From an uncultured bacterium (lineage in GTDB: Bacteria; Desulfobacterota; Dissulfuribacteria; Dissulfuribacterales; UBA3076): 49,148 nucleotides of DNA. The stretch covers positions 1 to 49,148 of the forward strand of contig CBETWD010000002.1 of NCBI GenBank assembly GCA_965539945.1, given 5' to 3'. The notes beneath the pieces are model-generated. The model made no database searches, had not been told where the DNA came from, and was given only the letters and a program-made list of their open reading frames with translations. Numbering within the stretch: the first letter of the stretch is position 1; the number at the start of each line of letters is the position of its first letter. The position numbers were made by a program, and so were the translations under genes. Of this stretch, positions 37,256-48,438 are shown one piece after another.

Positions 37256-37466
37256 AAATTAGTTGGCATCCTTCATTTTGTAGTTTACACTTTTCGAGGT
37301 TGGTTCTTTAGTCATCCATTTTGAATATCGAACCGCAGAACAAGGAACCGCAGAATTTCGAAGGTATTATTTCGACATTCGATATTTCTTGTTCGATATT
37401 CTGCGGTTCAAAAAAATAAAAAGTGTAAACTACTTTTATGCCTATATGAAGGATGCCAATTAGTTT
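37256..37466. repeat. Nested palindromic element (~211 bp) with terminal inverted repeats AATTAGTTGGCATCCTTCAT...
   Basis: The outer arms are 37256-37294 and 37419-37466, with a perfect 15-bp core aaaagtgtaaactac plus atgaaggatgccaa. The inner inverted pair is gaaccgcagaat/attctgcggttc. A solo copy of the end motif lies at 48237-48264. Confidence 0.75.
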
Positions 37467-37508
37467 AACTGAAGAAGCCACAAATTCAAGAGGGGGTATT
37501 TTAAGTGC

Positions 37509-38144
37509 CTAAAACACTTCCTCCTCCACCTTGGCCTTGCATTCAAAAAAGACCTTGTAAGCTATTTCCTTGGCCTCAAGGGCCTGGGAGAGAATTTCGG
37601 AAAGATTTTCTGGGTCGGAAGGACTTATTGTTACATCTGCTCCCATTGAAAAGGCCTGCATGGAATCAAGGCGATTTCCTCTCGGATGGACATAAACCAC
37701 GAAGATTTTTCTACGCATGTCCATCAGAAGAGAGCTTATATATTCCTGAATATTAGAAAGATCGTCTTCCGGCTCAGGTCCATTTTGGCACAAAAGAATT
37801 AGGTCATATATATGATATCTAAATCTGGACCTGATATCATCCTGTTGATTGATCAACCTTACCTCATACCCCAAACCGGACAGTTCTTTCTGCAACAATT
37901 CCCTTGTCTGGGACTCAGGACAATAGACAAGTGCTGTCTTAGTGCCCGGCTCAAAAGATTCAAAGCCTTGCGATTCGGTAGTAACTGTCTTTTCACTTGT
38001 AGACAGCGAAATTGTCTTGGAGGGGGCCTCGATCTTTATTTTTTCTTTACAGTTTGGACATGTAAAATATACTACGCCATCTGACGGCAACTTTTCTTCA
38101 GCTATTTTGTAATGCCTGCTACAGCCGGTACAAATTACATCCAC
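37509..38144 (-). CDS. MJ0042-type zinc-ribbon protein with a receiver-like (CheY-fold-like) C-terminal domain
   Basis: The GTG at 38144 is preceded by AGGAGA with 7-nt spacing. The N-terminus is VDVICTGCSRHY...FTCPNCKEKIKI. The C-terminal half (ALVYCPESQTRELL...YDLILL) resembles a receiver fold. Confidence 0.6.
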   Translation of the reverse strand: MDVICTGCSRHYKIAEEKLPSDGVVYFTCPNCKEKIKIEAPSKTISLSTSEKTVTTESQGFESFEPGTKTALVYCPESQTRELLQKELSGLGYEVRLINQQDDIRSRFRYHIYDLILLCQNGPEPEDDLSNIQEYISSLLMDMRRKIFVVYVHPRGNRLDSMQAFSMGADVTISPSDPENLSEILSQALEAKEIAYKVFFECKAKVEEEVF

Positions 38145-38161
38145 CTTATGATCTCCTGTGC

Positions 38162-39340
38162 TCAAAAAAGACCCTTGGGTTTTTCTTCCCAATCAGCATC
38201 TATGCTCAATCCATCGATATCAGATGTCTTCTCACCTCTCCTGCTCTTGACCTGATCTATTCCCTGACGCACGCTTGCCCGACTGCTGGCATATGCTAAT
38301 GATGTCTTTTCGTCGATAAGGCCTTGTTCGAAAAGTCGAACAATATGCTGGTCAAAGGTCTGCATATTATACGCCTGACCATTTTCTATGATCTCGTAAA
38401 ATGTCTTTCCCTCGCTTTCTCCATTTATGATAGAGTCCTTGACACGGATGTTATTCTGCATAATCTCAAAAATGGCCACCCTTCCCCCCTTTATTTTGGG
38501 CAACAGTCTCTGCCCAACCACCCAGCGCAAGGAATCCGCCAGTCGGGACCTGACCTGGCGTTCTTCCTCTGTTGAGTACATTCCCAGGATACGATTGATG
38601 GTGTGGCCGGCACTTGTCGTGTGGAGAGTACTGAATACAAGATGACCTGTCTCTGCTGCGTTGAGGGCCACATCCACTGTCTCTCTGTCACGGATTTCTC
38701 CAACCAGTATTACATGGGGTGCCTGGCGCAGGGCTGCTCTCAATCCGCCGGCAAAGGCATCAATGTCTTTGCCGAGTTCCCTCTGGTTAAAAGTGGCCTT
38801 TTTGTGAGGATGGACAAATTCAATAGGATCCTCCAGGGTAATCACATGGAGTTGTTCTGTCCTGTTAACCTCATCCAAAATGGCGGCAAGAGACGTGGTC
38901 TTGCCGGTGCCGGTGGCGCCGGTAAAGAATATTATCCCATTTTTTTCTTTGCCCATTGCCTTGAAGCAATCCGGCAATTTGAGATCCTCAACAGTAGGGA
39001 CCTTGCTTTCCAGCTTGCGCATTACAATGCTATAGACCCCTCGTTGGGAAAACACATTTACACGAAACCTCGGGCCACCAGGCAAATCGTAGGAAAAGTC
39101 GCATGAGCCGTGACGAAACAAGTCTGCCAAAAGGCGCCTGTCATCATTTATTAAAGCCAGGGCGAGCTGCTCTGTCTGAAAGGGGATCAGATGACTGGTG
39201 GCAAGATCCATTGCAACAGGCTGAAGCTTACCATCTGCTGCTACTTGACATGGCCGGCCGACTGTAAAGTTCAAATCAGATATCCTTGGATGGGCACTAA
39301 GCATACCGGCTAGGATTCGATCCAGGTCTGCCCGTTTCAT
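38162..39340 (-). CDS. PilT/PilU-family type IV pilus retraction ATPase paralog
   Basis: It has Walker A GATGTGKTTS, the Asp box, Walker B ILVGEIRD and the His box TLHT. The ATG at 39340 is preceded by GAGG and lies 1 nt after the pilT stop. The ORF track extends to 39406. Confidence 0.88.
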   Translation of the reverse strand: MKRADLDRILAGMLSAHPRISDLNFTVGRPCQVAADGKLQPVAMDLATSHLIPFQTEQLALALINDDRRLLADLFRHGSCDFSYDLPGGPRFRVNVFSQRGVYSIVMRKLESKVPTVEDLKLPDCFKAMGKEKNGIIFFTGATGTGKTTSLAAILDEVNRTEQLHVITLEDPIEFVHPHKKATFNQRELGKDIDAFAGGLRAALRQAPHVILVGEIRDRETVDVALNAAETGHLVFSTLHTTSAGHTINRILGMYSTEEERQVRSRLADSLRWVVGQRLLPKIKGGRVAIFEIMQNNIRVKDSIINGESEGKTFYEIIENGQAYNMQTFDQHIVRLFEQGLIDEKTSLAYASSRASVRQGIDQVKSRRGEKTSDIDGLSIDADWEEKPKGLF

Positions 39341-39341
39341 C

Positions 39342-40427
39342 TCAACTAACCTCTGTGAAGTCTGCAGGCGCGCTTTTGGCAAAAGGTTTAAACTTCGCCT
39401 TGTCAACGCACTTGTTATATGCCTCGTCCGGATCTATCCATCCATTTTGCATCAGTTCCATTATGGCATCGTCCAAGGTCTTCATGCCAAATTTTTTGCC
39501 TGTCTGCATGGATGACGGGATCTGATAGGTCTTTCCCTCGCGGATAAGATTTCTCACAGCCGGGGTGGCAATCAAGATCTCAAATGCAACACATCTCCCT
39601 TTTACATCAATCCGCTTGAACATGGTTTGCGATATCACAGCCCTCAAGGCATCAGCAAGGGTCGCCCGGATTTGGGGCTGCTGGTTGGTAGGAAAGATCT
39701 CAATGATCCTGTCGACAGTCTTTGCTGCACTTATGGTGTGCAAAGTACCCATAACCAGGTGACCTGTCATTGCCGCCTCAATGGCCAGAGAAATTGTTTC
39801 CAGATCTCTCATTTCACCCACCAGGATTATGTCCGGGTCTTCACGGAGGGCCCCTTTCAGGGCTGCACTAAAGGACTTGGTATGGGAACCCACTTCCCTG
39901 TGATTTACAAGACACCCTTTGCTTTGGTGGACAAACTCAATAGGGTCCTCTACAGTAATAATGTGATCCTTACGATTTGCATTTGCATAATCCAGAATTG
40001 CGGCAAGGGTGGTGGATTTCCCGCTTCCAGTAGGCCCTGTGACCAAGACCAGACCCCTGGGAAGCATCGACAGCTTTGTCATGATATCCGGGAGTCCTAG
40101 CTGCTCGGCGGTCAGGATTTTACTTGGAATTTCCCTGAATACAGCACCGACCCCGTTTTTTTGCATAAAAAAGTTGGCCCTGTATCTGGCAAGACCTGGA
40201 ATTTCATATCCAAAGTCAATGTCTCCGGTTTCTTCAAAGACCTTGACCTTATTCTCAGGGGCAATTTCATAGAGCATTGCCTTTAATTCATCATTTTCCA
40301 TCATTTTGTATTTTATACGATGAAGGTCGCCTCTAATGCGAAGAATGGGAGGAGAACCCGATGCCAGATGGAGGTCCGACCCCCCTTGTTCATTTAGCAA
40401 TTTAAAAAAAGCGTCTATCTTGGCCAT
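39342..40427 (-). CDS. pilT: Type IV pilus twitching motility ATPase PilT
   Basis: It has MAKIDAFFKLLNEQGGSDLHL, GPTGSGKSTT, ILVGEMRD and GTLHT. Confidence 0.93.
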   Translation of the reverse strand: MAKIDAFFKLLNEQGGSDLHLASGSPPILRIRGDLHRIKYKMMENDELKAMLYEIAPENKVKVFEETGDIDFGYEIPGLARYRANFFMQKNGVGAVFREIPSKILTAEQLGLPDIMTKLSMLPRGLVLVTGPTGSGKSTTLAAILDYANANRKDHIITVEDPIEFVHQSKGCLVNHREVGSHTKSFSAALKGALREDPDIILVGEMRDLETISLAIEAAMTGHLVMGTLHTISAAKTVDRIIEIFPTNQQPQIRATLADALRAVISQTMFKRIDVKGRCVAFEILIATPAVRNLIREGKTYQIPSSMQTGKKFGMKTLDDAIMELMQNGWIDPDEAYNKCVDKAKFKPFAKSAPADFTEVS

Positions 40428-40584
40428 AGTAACAAGTGTACCTCCTGGTGAGATATTACAAGCTTATTTATCTGAGGCTCTGGCTTTTTTATCGGCCTAA
40501 TGTGTTAAAAGACTTAAATGAAAGGTAACCCTTGATCGTCTGTTCCTTGGAAGCTATACTGCCTTTATCGAAACCGGAAATTAG

Positions 40585-40743
40585 GTAAGCGTTCACAGGG
40601 CACCGCATCTGCTTTGTTGTCGGGCACTTGAAGTACAGGAAGTACGTCTGCGTACCCTCCGCCTCGCATCTGCAGCACCCTGTAAACGCTTACAGTTCGG
40701 TGGGTTGCGGTAAAATTGGCGTTGTAACCCCGTGAACGGTTAC
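40585..40743 (+). mobile_element. MITE copy 3 (159 bp, forward), 8-bp TSD GAAATTAG at 40577-40584 and 40744-40751
   Basis: The ends are GTAAGCGTTCAC...GTGAACGGTTAC and the flanking direct repeat is perfect. The element lies 85 bp upstream of the ftsE start. Confidence 0.9.
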
Positions 40744-40827
40744 GAAATTAGGTAACGCATCTACATCTTTAGTATTGTTTCCAATTTCCAATTTCAAGTT
40801 TCACTGCCAAAATACAAGATCAACAAT

Positions 40828-41502
40828 ATGACCTCTATTGAATCATCCATTATTCGACTTAAAGATGTTTCCAAAAAGTATTTCACGGACAATGTTGTCT
40901 TTTCCGGCATTGATCTGGAGATTGAAAAGGGTGAATTTATTTTCCTGACCGGTCCCAGCGGTGTAGGGAAAAGCACTATCCTACGCATCCTTTTTTGTGC
41001 TGAACGGCCTACATCAGGAGAAATCTGGGTGGATGGTGTGGCGCTCTCATCCCTTTCAAATGCCCAAGTGCCATACCTGCGGAGAAAAATCGGTGTAATT
41101 TTTCAAGACTTCAAGCTCCTCTTAAATCGCACCATATTTGATAATGTTGCCCTGAGTCTGGAAGTAATCGGCCTGGGAAGGAAGCAGGCAGAACAAAGAG
41201 TAAAGCAAGTGTTGGAAGGGGTCGGGCTTACAGGAAAAACGAGTCACTATCCGTTGCAGCTATCAGGAGGTGAACAACAGCGTGTAGCTATTGCCAGGGC
41301 CGTGGTCAATAGACCTTCCATAATTCTTGCTGACGAACCCACAGGAAACCTGGATATGCAACGGACTAAAGAAGTAATGATGCTTATGGAAGAGCTGAAT
41401 GCCAGGGGGGCAACTATTATTTTTGCAACCCACGATGACAGATTATTTGAAAATACCCATCGCAGGGTGCTGAGACTCCTTAACGGAAAAATCAGGATAT
41501 AA
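40828..41502 (+). CDS. ftsE: Cell division ABC transporter ATP-binding protein FtsE
   Basis: It has [17 protein letters not shown] and [11 protein letters not shown], and is followed by ftsX. Confidence 0.93.
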   Translation: MTSIESSIIRLKDVSKKYFTDNVVFSGIDLEIEKGEFIFLTGPSGVGKSTILRILFCAERPTSGEIWVDGVALSSLSNAQVPYLRRKIGVIFQDFKLLLNRTIFDNVALSLEVIGLGRKQAEQRVKQVLEGVGLTGKTSHYPLQLSGGEQQRVAIARAVVNRPSIILADEPTGNLDMQRTKEVMMLMEELNARGATIIFATHDDRLFENTHRRVLRLLNGKIRI

Positions 41503-41504
41503 TA

Positions 41505-42389
41505 ATGACTTTTGCTATCCTTTGCCGCAGGGCATTTTCCGACCTTAGACAAAATTTTTGTACACAGTTTATAACCACAATAGTGGTCAGCCTTTCCATT
41601 CTGATTTTTGCCTTTTTTACCTTGCTTTACTTTAACCTCCAGCACTTTATTGATAGATTTGGTGCAGAGCTTGGCCTGGTGGTCTTTCTTACTGAAGATA
41701 CACCAAAAGACCGGATTCCATCACTCTATCAGAAGCTTACAGGACTGTCGGAAGTAGAGAAAGTAACTTACATATCTTCAGAAGAAGCCTTTGGAAGGTT
41801 GGAGAAATTTCTAAAAGACGAAAAAGAAGTGCTTGAAGGAGTTGATCCCCAGTTCCTGCCCCCTTCTTTTGAAATCCAGGTCAACAGGGCTGTGTTCCAG
41901 TTGAAGAGAATTAAGCAACTTGCCGGAGAAATAGACAGGTGGCCTGAAGTATCCAAGGTCCAGTTTGGGCAGGAGTGGATAGACAGATTGTATGTTTTTT
42001 CAGGTCTTGTTCGAACTATTGTGGCAATAACCGGCCTCCTTTTATTGTTCACCGCTGCTTTCGTGGTCACGAATACCATAAAGCTCACTGTCTATGCCAG
42101 ACAAGAAGAACTGAAGATAATCCGCCTTGTTGGAGCAACAAAGATGTTCATGCAAGGTCCTTTCCTGGTCGAGGCCTTTTTGCAGGGCCTCCTGGGCTCA
42201 AGCCTTGCGTTAGGAGTCGTTTTTGCGTGTTATAGATTTTTACAAAGACTTGAAGCCAAGTCCGAGCTGCTCAGGGGTGTGAATATCTGTTTTATTCCTT
42301 GGCAGTATACCGTTGCTATAATAGCAAGCAGCGTATTGCTCTGTGTACTGGGTACTGCCTTGGCCATGCGGAGGTCCTTGCGTCTGTGA
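41505..42389 (+). CDS. ftsX: Cell division ABC transporter permease FtsX
   Basis: 294 aa with four TM segments and a large periplasmic loop, positioned directly after ftsE. Confidence 0.88.
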   Translation: MTFAILCRRAFSDLRQNFCTQFITTIVVSLSILIFAFFTLLYFNLQHFIDRFGAELGLVVFLTEDTPKDRIPSLYQKLTGLSEVEKVTYISSEEAFGRLEKFLKDEKEVLEGVDPQFLPPSFEIQVNRAVFQLKRIKQLAGEIDRWPEVSKVQFGQEWIDRLYVFSGLVRTIVAITGLLLLFTAAFVVTNTIKLTVYARQEELKIIRLVGATKMFMQGPFLVEAFLQGLLGSSLALGVVFACYRFLQRLEAKSELLRGVNICFIPWQYTVAIIASSVLLCVLGTALAMRRSLRL

Positions 42390-43582
42390 TAAAGCGAAAC
42401 CGGCTGTGGCTTATTGCTCTGATAATATTATCAATACACGCTTATGCATTTGGCGAAGAGGATCTGGTCACAAAAGAACTTGAAGTCCAACAGCAAAGGC
42501 TCAAGTCCCTGCAAGAAGAGATAGCAACTCACCAGGAAAAAGCATCTGAGATAGAATCAAGTAAACGCTCATTATTCAAAGAACTAACAGAATTGGATGA
42601 AAAAATAGCTCAGCAGTGGGAAAATCTTCAAAAAACTCGACAGGAGTGGACAATAAAAGAACTCGCACTTATTGAGACCCAGAAGGATTATGCCGGCCAG
42701 AAGCAGGCCCTTCAGGCACTGAAATTCCAGGTAGAAAGTAGGCTCATGGCACTCAGTGAGATGGGTGAAGTGGGTAGTTTAAACATGTTGTTCGCTGCAG
42801 AGACCCTGCCGGAACTTCTGTCAAGAGAGACCTATTTCAGGCTTATACTGGATCATGACAGAGAGCAGAGATGCCTTTACATATTAAGTATCAAGAAACT
42901 TGCCGAGAATGAAACCAAACTGGAACAACAGAGAGAAGCTCTTAAAGCGGCTGCTGATGAAATTGAGACTCAGGCCCTGCTTTTTGAAGAACGGAAACAG
43001 GAAAAACGGGCCTTTCTGGACGAGCTTAAACAACAGGGAAAGCTGTATGGGATGATGTTAAAAGAGCTTGAATATGCTGAACAATCGCTTCAGGGTATTA
43101 TAAAACGTCTTAGCAGCAAAAGTGCCGGGGGATTCATTTCAGGTCCGGTTTCACCGGCAATGTACGACTTTAGATTACAGAAAGGCAAGCTAAGCCCACC
43201 TGTAGTAGGACGGCTATTAAGGACCGGTGATAATGGCTGGAGGAATGATAGAGAATGCCCTGGTGTAATTTTCTTAACACCCAGGGGCAGTGAAATCAGA
43301 GCAATTTTTGACGGCATAGTTGAATACAATGGTAGCGTACCTGGTTATGGAAAGGTCTTGATAATCGATCACGGAAACGAATATTTCAGCCTGGTAAGTA
43401 ATGGGGCACAGTTCTTTAAGACAGTTGGACAGGATGTCACAGAGGGGGATATTATAGGTCTGACTGGTGGGGGGTCCTGGATCCAGGAGGGCATATATTT
43501 CGAAATAAGGCATGAAGAACATCAAGAGGACCCCCTCGAATGGCTTGACCCGCGAGCCATAGAAGCAAGTCTTTCAAAATAA
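42386..43582 (+). CDS. envC: EnvC-like murein hydrolase activator (coiled coil plus M23/LytM domain)
   Basis: The GTG at 42386 overlaps the ftsX TGA (GTGA). It has a signal/anchor LWLIALIILSIHAYA, a long coiled coil, and a C-terminal LytM-like region (GKVLIIDHGNEYFSL..GLTG...IYFEIRH). Confidence 0.82.
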   Translation: MIKRNRLWLIALIILSIHAYAFGEEDLVTKELEVQQQRLKSLQEEIATHQEKASEIESSKRSLFKELTELDEKIAQQWENLQKTRQEWTIKELALIETQKDYAGQKQALQALKFQVESRLMALSEMGEVGSLNMLFAAETLPELLSRETYFRLILDHDREQRCLYILSIKKLAENETKLEQQREALKAAADEIETQALLFEERKQEKRAFLDELKQQGKLYGMMLKELEYAEQSLQGIIKRLSSKSAGGFISGPVSPAMYDFRLQKGKLSPPVVGRLLRTGDNGWRNDRECPGVIFLTPRGSEIRAIFDGIVEYNGSVPGYGKVLIIDHGNEYFSLVSNGAQFFKTVGQDVTEGDIIGLTGGGSWIQEGIYFEIRHEEHQEDPLEWLDPRAIEASLSK

Positions 43583-43644
43583 GCTGAAAATTCCTAAAAA
43601 AGCGATTTCCTGTCAGCTAATAGCACCTAAAGTTTAAGCAGTTA

Positions 43645-43881
43645 TTGCCGATTAATAAAACAGGGGTTAATATTTTGGATATCACAATTGGCGGCATGCC
43701 TATTATAAAAAAAGATCCGCCGGAAGAAAAAGCCGCTTTGCGTTCAGATACAAAGACGCTTCGCAAAGACCGGCGAAAAAGTGCGCGGGATCGTCGAAAG
43801 AGCGTAAGGGACGGTGTCTTTGTTTCGCTTTCGCATAAAAAAGATCGTCGAAAGCAGCGAGATAGAAGAAAAAGTCACTAA
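43645..43881 (+). CDS. Hypothetical small, highly basic protein with DRRK repeats
   Basis: The sequence is KDRRKSARDRRKSVRDGVFVSLSHKKDRRKQRDRRK. The start is unclear (TTG at 43645 or ATG at 43696) and there is no strong RBS. Confidence 0.3.
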   Translation: MPINKTGVNILDITIGGMPIIKKDPPEEKAALRSDTKTLRKDRRKSARDRRKSVRDGVFVSLSHKKDRRKQRDRRKSH

Positions 43882-43927
43882 GGAACTGTCCGCAAATAAC
43901 TTGATAGTATAGGAATTTCCATTTTTG

Positions 43928-43985
43928 GACAGGATCAACAGGATTGTCAGGATAAAAAATATTAAGAAATCCTGTTGATCCTGTC
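43928..43985. repeat. Perfect 18-bp inverted repeat hairpin (22-nt loop)
   Basis: The arms are gacaggatcaacaggatt and aatcctgttgatcctgtc. It lies between convergent genes, and no U-tract follows on either strand. Confidence 0.7.
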
Positions 43986-44055
43986 AGAGAAGTCCGCCCG
44001 AAGGGCGCTAAGTCCATTTCTCTGTCCTGTTTCGTGTTTTCGTGATAGATCCAAA

Positions 44056-46737
44056 CTATTTATTCTCAAGCTTGGCCCAATTAACTCCCCATCCAACATC
44101 TACCTTCAGAGGCACGGCAAGATCCATTACATTTTCCATGGTCTCTTTCACCATCGTGGTGACTTTTATTATTTCTTTCTCCGGCACTTCGATTATCAGT
44201 TCGTCATGTACCTGGAGCAACATCCTGCAGGGTGTTTTTTCTGCCTGGATATTTGAGTCAACTTGTATCATGGCCAGCTTTATTATATCTGCTGCAGTGC
44301 CCTGAATAGGTGTGTTAATAGCGGTTCTTTCAGCGAATTCCCTTACAGTCCTGACCCTGCTTTTAAGGTCAGGGATATAGCGCCTGCGACCAAGGAGCGT
44401 AGTGACGTGCCCCTGTTCCTTGGCCTTTTCTACAGTTTCCTTTATGTAGCGTTTTACACCGGGATATTTTGCAAAATAGCGATCGATAAACTCCTTTGCC
44501 TGTCTGTTTCCAATGCCCAGTTCCTTTGCCAGACCAAAGGCGCTTATTCCGTATATTATTCCAAAGTTAACGGTCTTGGCTGCTCTGCGCATTTCCGGCG
44601 TAACCAGCTCGGGGAACACACTAAAGACCTCTGCTGCGGTAAGACGGTGAATGTCTTTATCATTTTTAAAGGCATTTACCAATGCTTCATCCCCGGAATA
44701 GTGGGCAAGGACCCTAAGCTCTATCTGGGAGTAATCCGCGGATAAGAGAAAGTTCCCCGGAGCAGGGATAAAGAGCGCCCTGATTCTCCTGCCTTCTTCC
44801 GTCCTGACAGGAATGTTCTGGAGATTGGGATCACTGGATGAGAGTCTGCCTGTGGATGTGACAGTCTGGTTAAAGGATGTGTGGACCCGCCCTGTGTCAG
44901 GATTGACCATCCTTTTTAACCCGTCCACATAAGTGGACTTGAGCTTTGACAGGTTTCTATAGGCAAGGAGTTGTTGCGGAAGCTCGTGAGACTGGGCAAG
45001 TTCCTTGAGTACCTCTACGTCTGTGGAGTACCCGGTCTTCTTGCGGGTCTTTTTTTTCTGAGGAAGTTTGAGCTTTACAAAGAGTATTTCCGCTAGTTGT
45101 TTCGTGGAGTTTATGTTGAACGGCTCTCCTGCAAGCTCGATAATTTTTTTATCCAAATCAGAGAGCCTTTTAGAAAATTCTGTTGACAGCGCATCGAATC
45201 CTTTTATATCAACCAGAATTCCGGCCATCTCCATTTGAGCGAGAATCCGTATCAAAGGCACTTCAACCTGTTCAAACAGTTCCAGCAGGCCGCTCTCTTT
45301 TAACCTCTTCCACAGGGCCTTTTGGACAAGAGAAGTTACATGAACGTCTTCGCAAGAGTAATCCCTGGCAAGAGGTAAGGGCACACAGGCAAAGTTTTTG
45401 ACCCTTTTTTGCGTTTCAGTTACCTCTTTAAAAGTTATCATACGGTGCCCCAACACCTCTTGTGATATCTCAGCAAGGTTGTGACGGCGCTTTGAGGGGT
45501 TAAGGAGGTAAGAGGCCACCATTGTGTCTCCGGATATTCCATTCAGCTCCATTCCGTGGTTGGCAAGGACAATCAGGTCATATTTTATGTTCTGCCCGAT
45601 TTTTTCGATTTTCCGGTCTGAAAATATTGGTCCAAGGGCTTCGGCCACCTGAGACAAATTAAGCTGGGGCTCCCGGCTCTCGTGTCCAACAGGGATGTAA
45701 GCGGCCTTTGGTGGTGTAATGCAGAGAGAGATCCCAACAAGCTTTGCCTTCATTGGAAATTCGCTTGTGGTCTCTGTGTCGATGACTATTGTGGCGGCTT
45801 TTCGTGCCATCTCCGCCCAGCGGGCAAGATCCGTCGGGGATTGTATCAGCTCATATTCCTTAAATGAGATGGTCTGTTCCGGTACCATCTGGTCTAAAAA
45901 GCGGGTAAGATTGAATTGTTTAAAGAGCTGTCTCAGTTTTCGCTGGTCAGGCGGGTTTCTGCGAAACGCGGTAATGTCAAGGGGAACGGTTATATCGTCT
46001 GCAAGGCTCACAAGCCTGCGCCAAAGGTCTAGGCGGTCCTTGTTGGTTTCAAGCCGCTCTTTTAATTTTCCCTTGGGGATCTCATCCAGGTGCTTGATAA
46101 GGTTATCCACTGATCCATAGCTCTTTATGAGCTTTAGCGCAGTCTTTAAGCCAATTCCGGGCACGCCGGGGATATTGTCCGAGGTGTCACCGGTCAGTGT
46201 CATTACCTCCAGGAATTGAAGCGGTTCGATGCCGAATCGTTGGTGAAAGGCATCAAGATCTGTAACTTCGTCCTTCATAGAATCCCATATGCTGACTTGT
46301 GGTCCGATCAACTGAAGGAGGTCTTTGTCGCCGGAAACAATCATAATGGTCTGATTGGTGATGCGCCGTGCGAGTGTGGCAATTATATCGTCTGCCTCAT
46401 AGCCATTTTTCTCAAGCTGTGTGAGCCCCAAGGCATTTACTATTTCTCTTACATGTGGGATCTGAACGCTCATATCATCAGGCATCGCAGGCCTGTTTGC
46501 CTTGTAATCGGCATAGAGGTCGTGTCTGAAGTTAGGGCCTTTAGCGTCCCACACAATAGCCACATATTCAGGGTCTTTTTCTTTTAGTACCTTCCAGAGC
46601 ATATTCGTGAGGCCGTAGATTACCTTGGTAGGAAACCCATCATGGGTAGTCAGGGGCTGACGTATGGCAAAGTAGGCCCTGTAGAGATACGAGCTGCCAT
46701 CTATCAGGAATAGTGAGGAGTCGGATTTTTTGTTCAT
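44056..46737 (-). CDS. polA: DNA polymerase I
   Basis: It has the 5'-3' exonuclease N-terminus LFLIDGSSYLYRAYF, a 3'-5' exonuclease region and the polymerase motifs (DYSQIELR, QVHDEL). The ATG is at 46737, and the upstream ORF extension is encoded by a simple repeat. Confidence 0.95.
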   Translation of the reverse strand: MNKKSDSSLFLIDGSSYLYRAYFAIRQPLTTHDGFPTKVIYGLTNMLWKVLKEKDPEYVAIVWDAKGPNFRHDLYADYKANRPAMPDDMSVQIPHVREIVNALGLTQLEKNGYEADDIIATLARRITNQTIMIVSGDKDLLQLIGPQVSIWDSMKDEVTDLDAFHQRFGIEPLQFLEVMTLTGDTSDNIPGVPGIGLKTALKLIKSYGSVDNLIKHLDEIPKGKLKERLETNKDRLDLWRRLVSLADDITVPLDITAFRRNPPDQRKLRQLFKQFNLTRFLDQMVPEQTISFKEYELIQSPTDLARWAEMARKAATIVIDTETTSEFPMKAKLVGISLCITPPKAAYIPVGHESREPQLNLSQVAEALGPIFSDRKIEKIGQNIKYDLIVLANHGMELNGISGDTMVASYLLNPSKRRHNLAEISQEVLGHRMITFKEVTETQKRVKNFACVPLPLARDYSCEDVHVTSLVQKALWKRLKESGLLELFEQVEVPLIRILAQMEMAGILVDIKGFDALSTEFSKRLSDLDKKIIELAGEPFNINSTKQLAEILFVKLKLPQKKKTRKKTGYSTDVEVLKELAQSHELPQQLLAYRNLSKLKSTYVDGLKRMVNPDTGRVHTSFNQTVTSTGRLSSSDPNLQNIPVRTEEGRRIRALFIPAPGNFLLSADYSQIELRVLAHYSGDEALVNAFKNDKDIHRLTAAEVFSVFPELVTPEMRRAAKTVNFGIIYGISAFGLAKELGIGNRQAKEFIDRYFAKYPGVKRYIKETVEKAKEQGHVTTLLGRRRYIPDLKSRVRTVREFAERTAINTPIQGTAADIIKLAMIQVDSNIQAEKTPCRMLLQVHDELIIEVPEKEIIKVTTMVKETMENVMDLAVPLKVDVGWGVNWAKLENK

Positions 46738-46738
46738 A

Positions 46739-46790
46739 GTTTGTAGTTCGTGGTTCGAAGATCGTAGTTCGTGGTTTACGGTGAATTCCG
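46739..46790. repeat. GTTCG-type 8-9-bp array directly upstream of polA
   Basis: The sequence is tagttcgtg gttcgaag atcgtagttcgtg gtttacgg tgaa. Confidence 0.65.
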
Positions 46791-46845
46791 GGCGCGGTTT
46801 GACTTTTTTGAATGATCTAAGTATCCTCAATGGCCGCAAAAGTAA

Positions 46846-48159
<1,314 letters not shown>

Positions 48160-48438
48160 CCAAAACAAAATTAGCTCAAAGCTGAAAGCTCAAAGAGCTA
48201 TCGCAATCAACCCCTTTCAGCTTCAGGCTTTCATGGATTAACTGGCATCCTTCACTGTAATAGGCGCTAAAGAGCTTGACTAGGTTGCGATATGGAAATA
48301 ACATACCGTAAGGTAAGGCAATTGTAAAAGGACTGGTTTGCGCTTGACTGGATGGATTTGTTGTTTGGCGCTTTTCTGAAAAAAGGAAATTCCTATACTA
48401 TAAATTTAGTTTAAACAAAGGAGAAGGGGGTAAGCTAA

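Noticed and set aside
42299-42385. The upstream extension of the EnvC-like ORF overlapping ftsX by 91 bp
   Set aside because: The extension has no signal-peptide-like sequence. A GTG at 42386 overlaps the ftsX stop (GTGA) and immediately precedes the hydrophobic leader.
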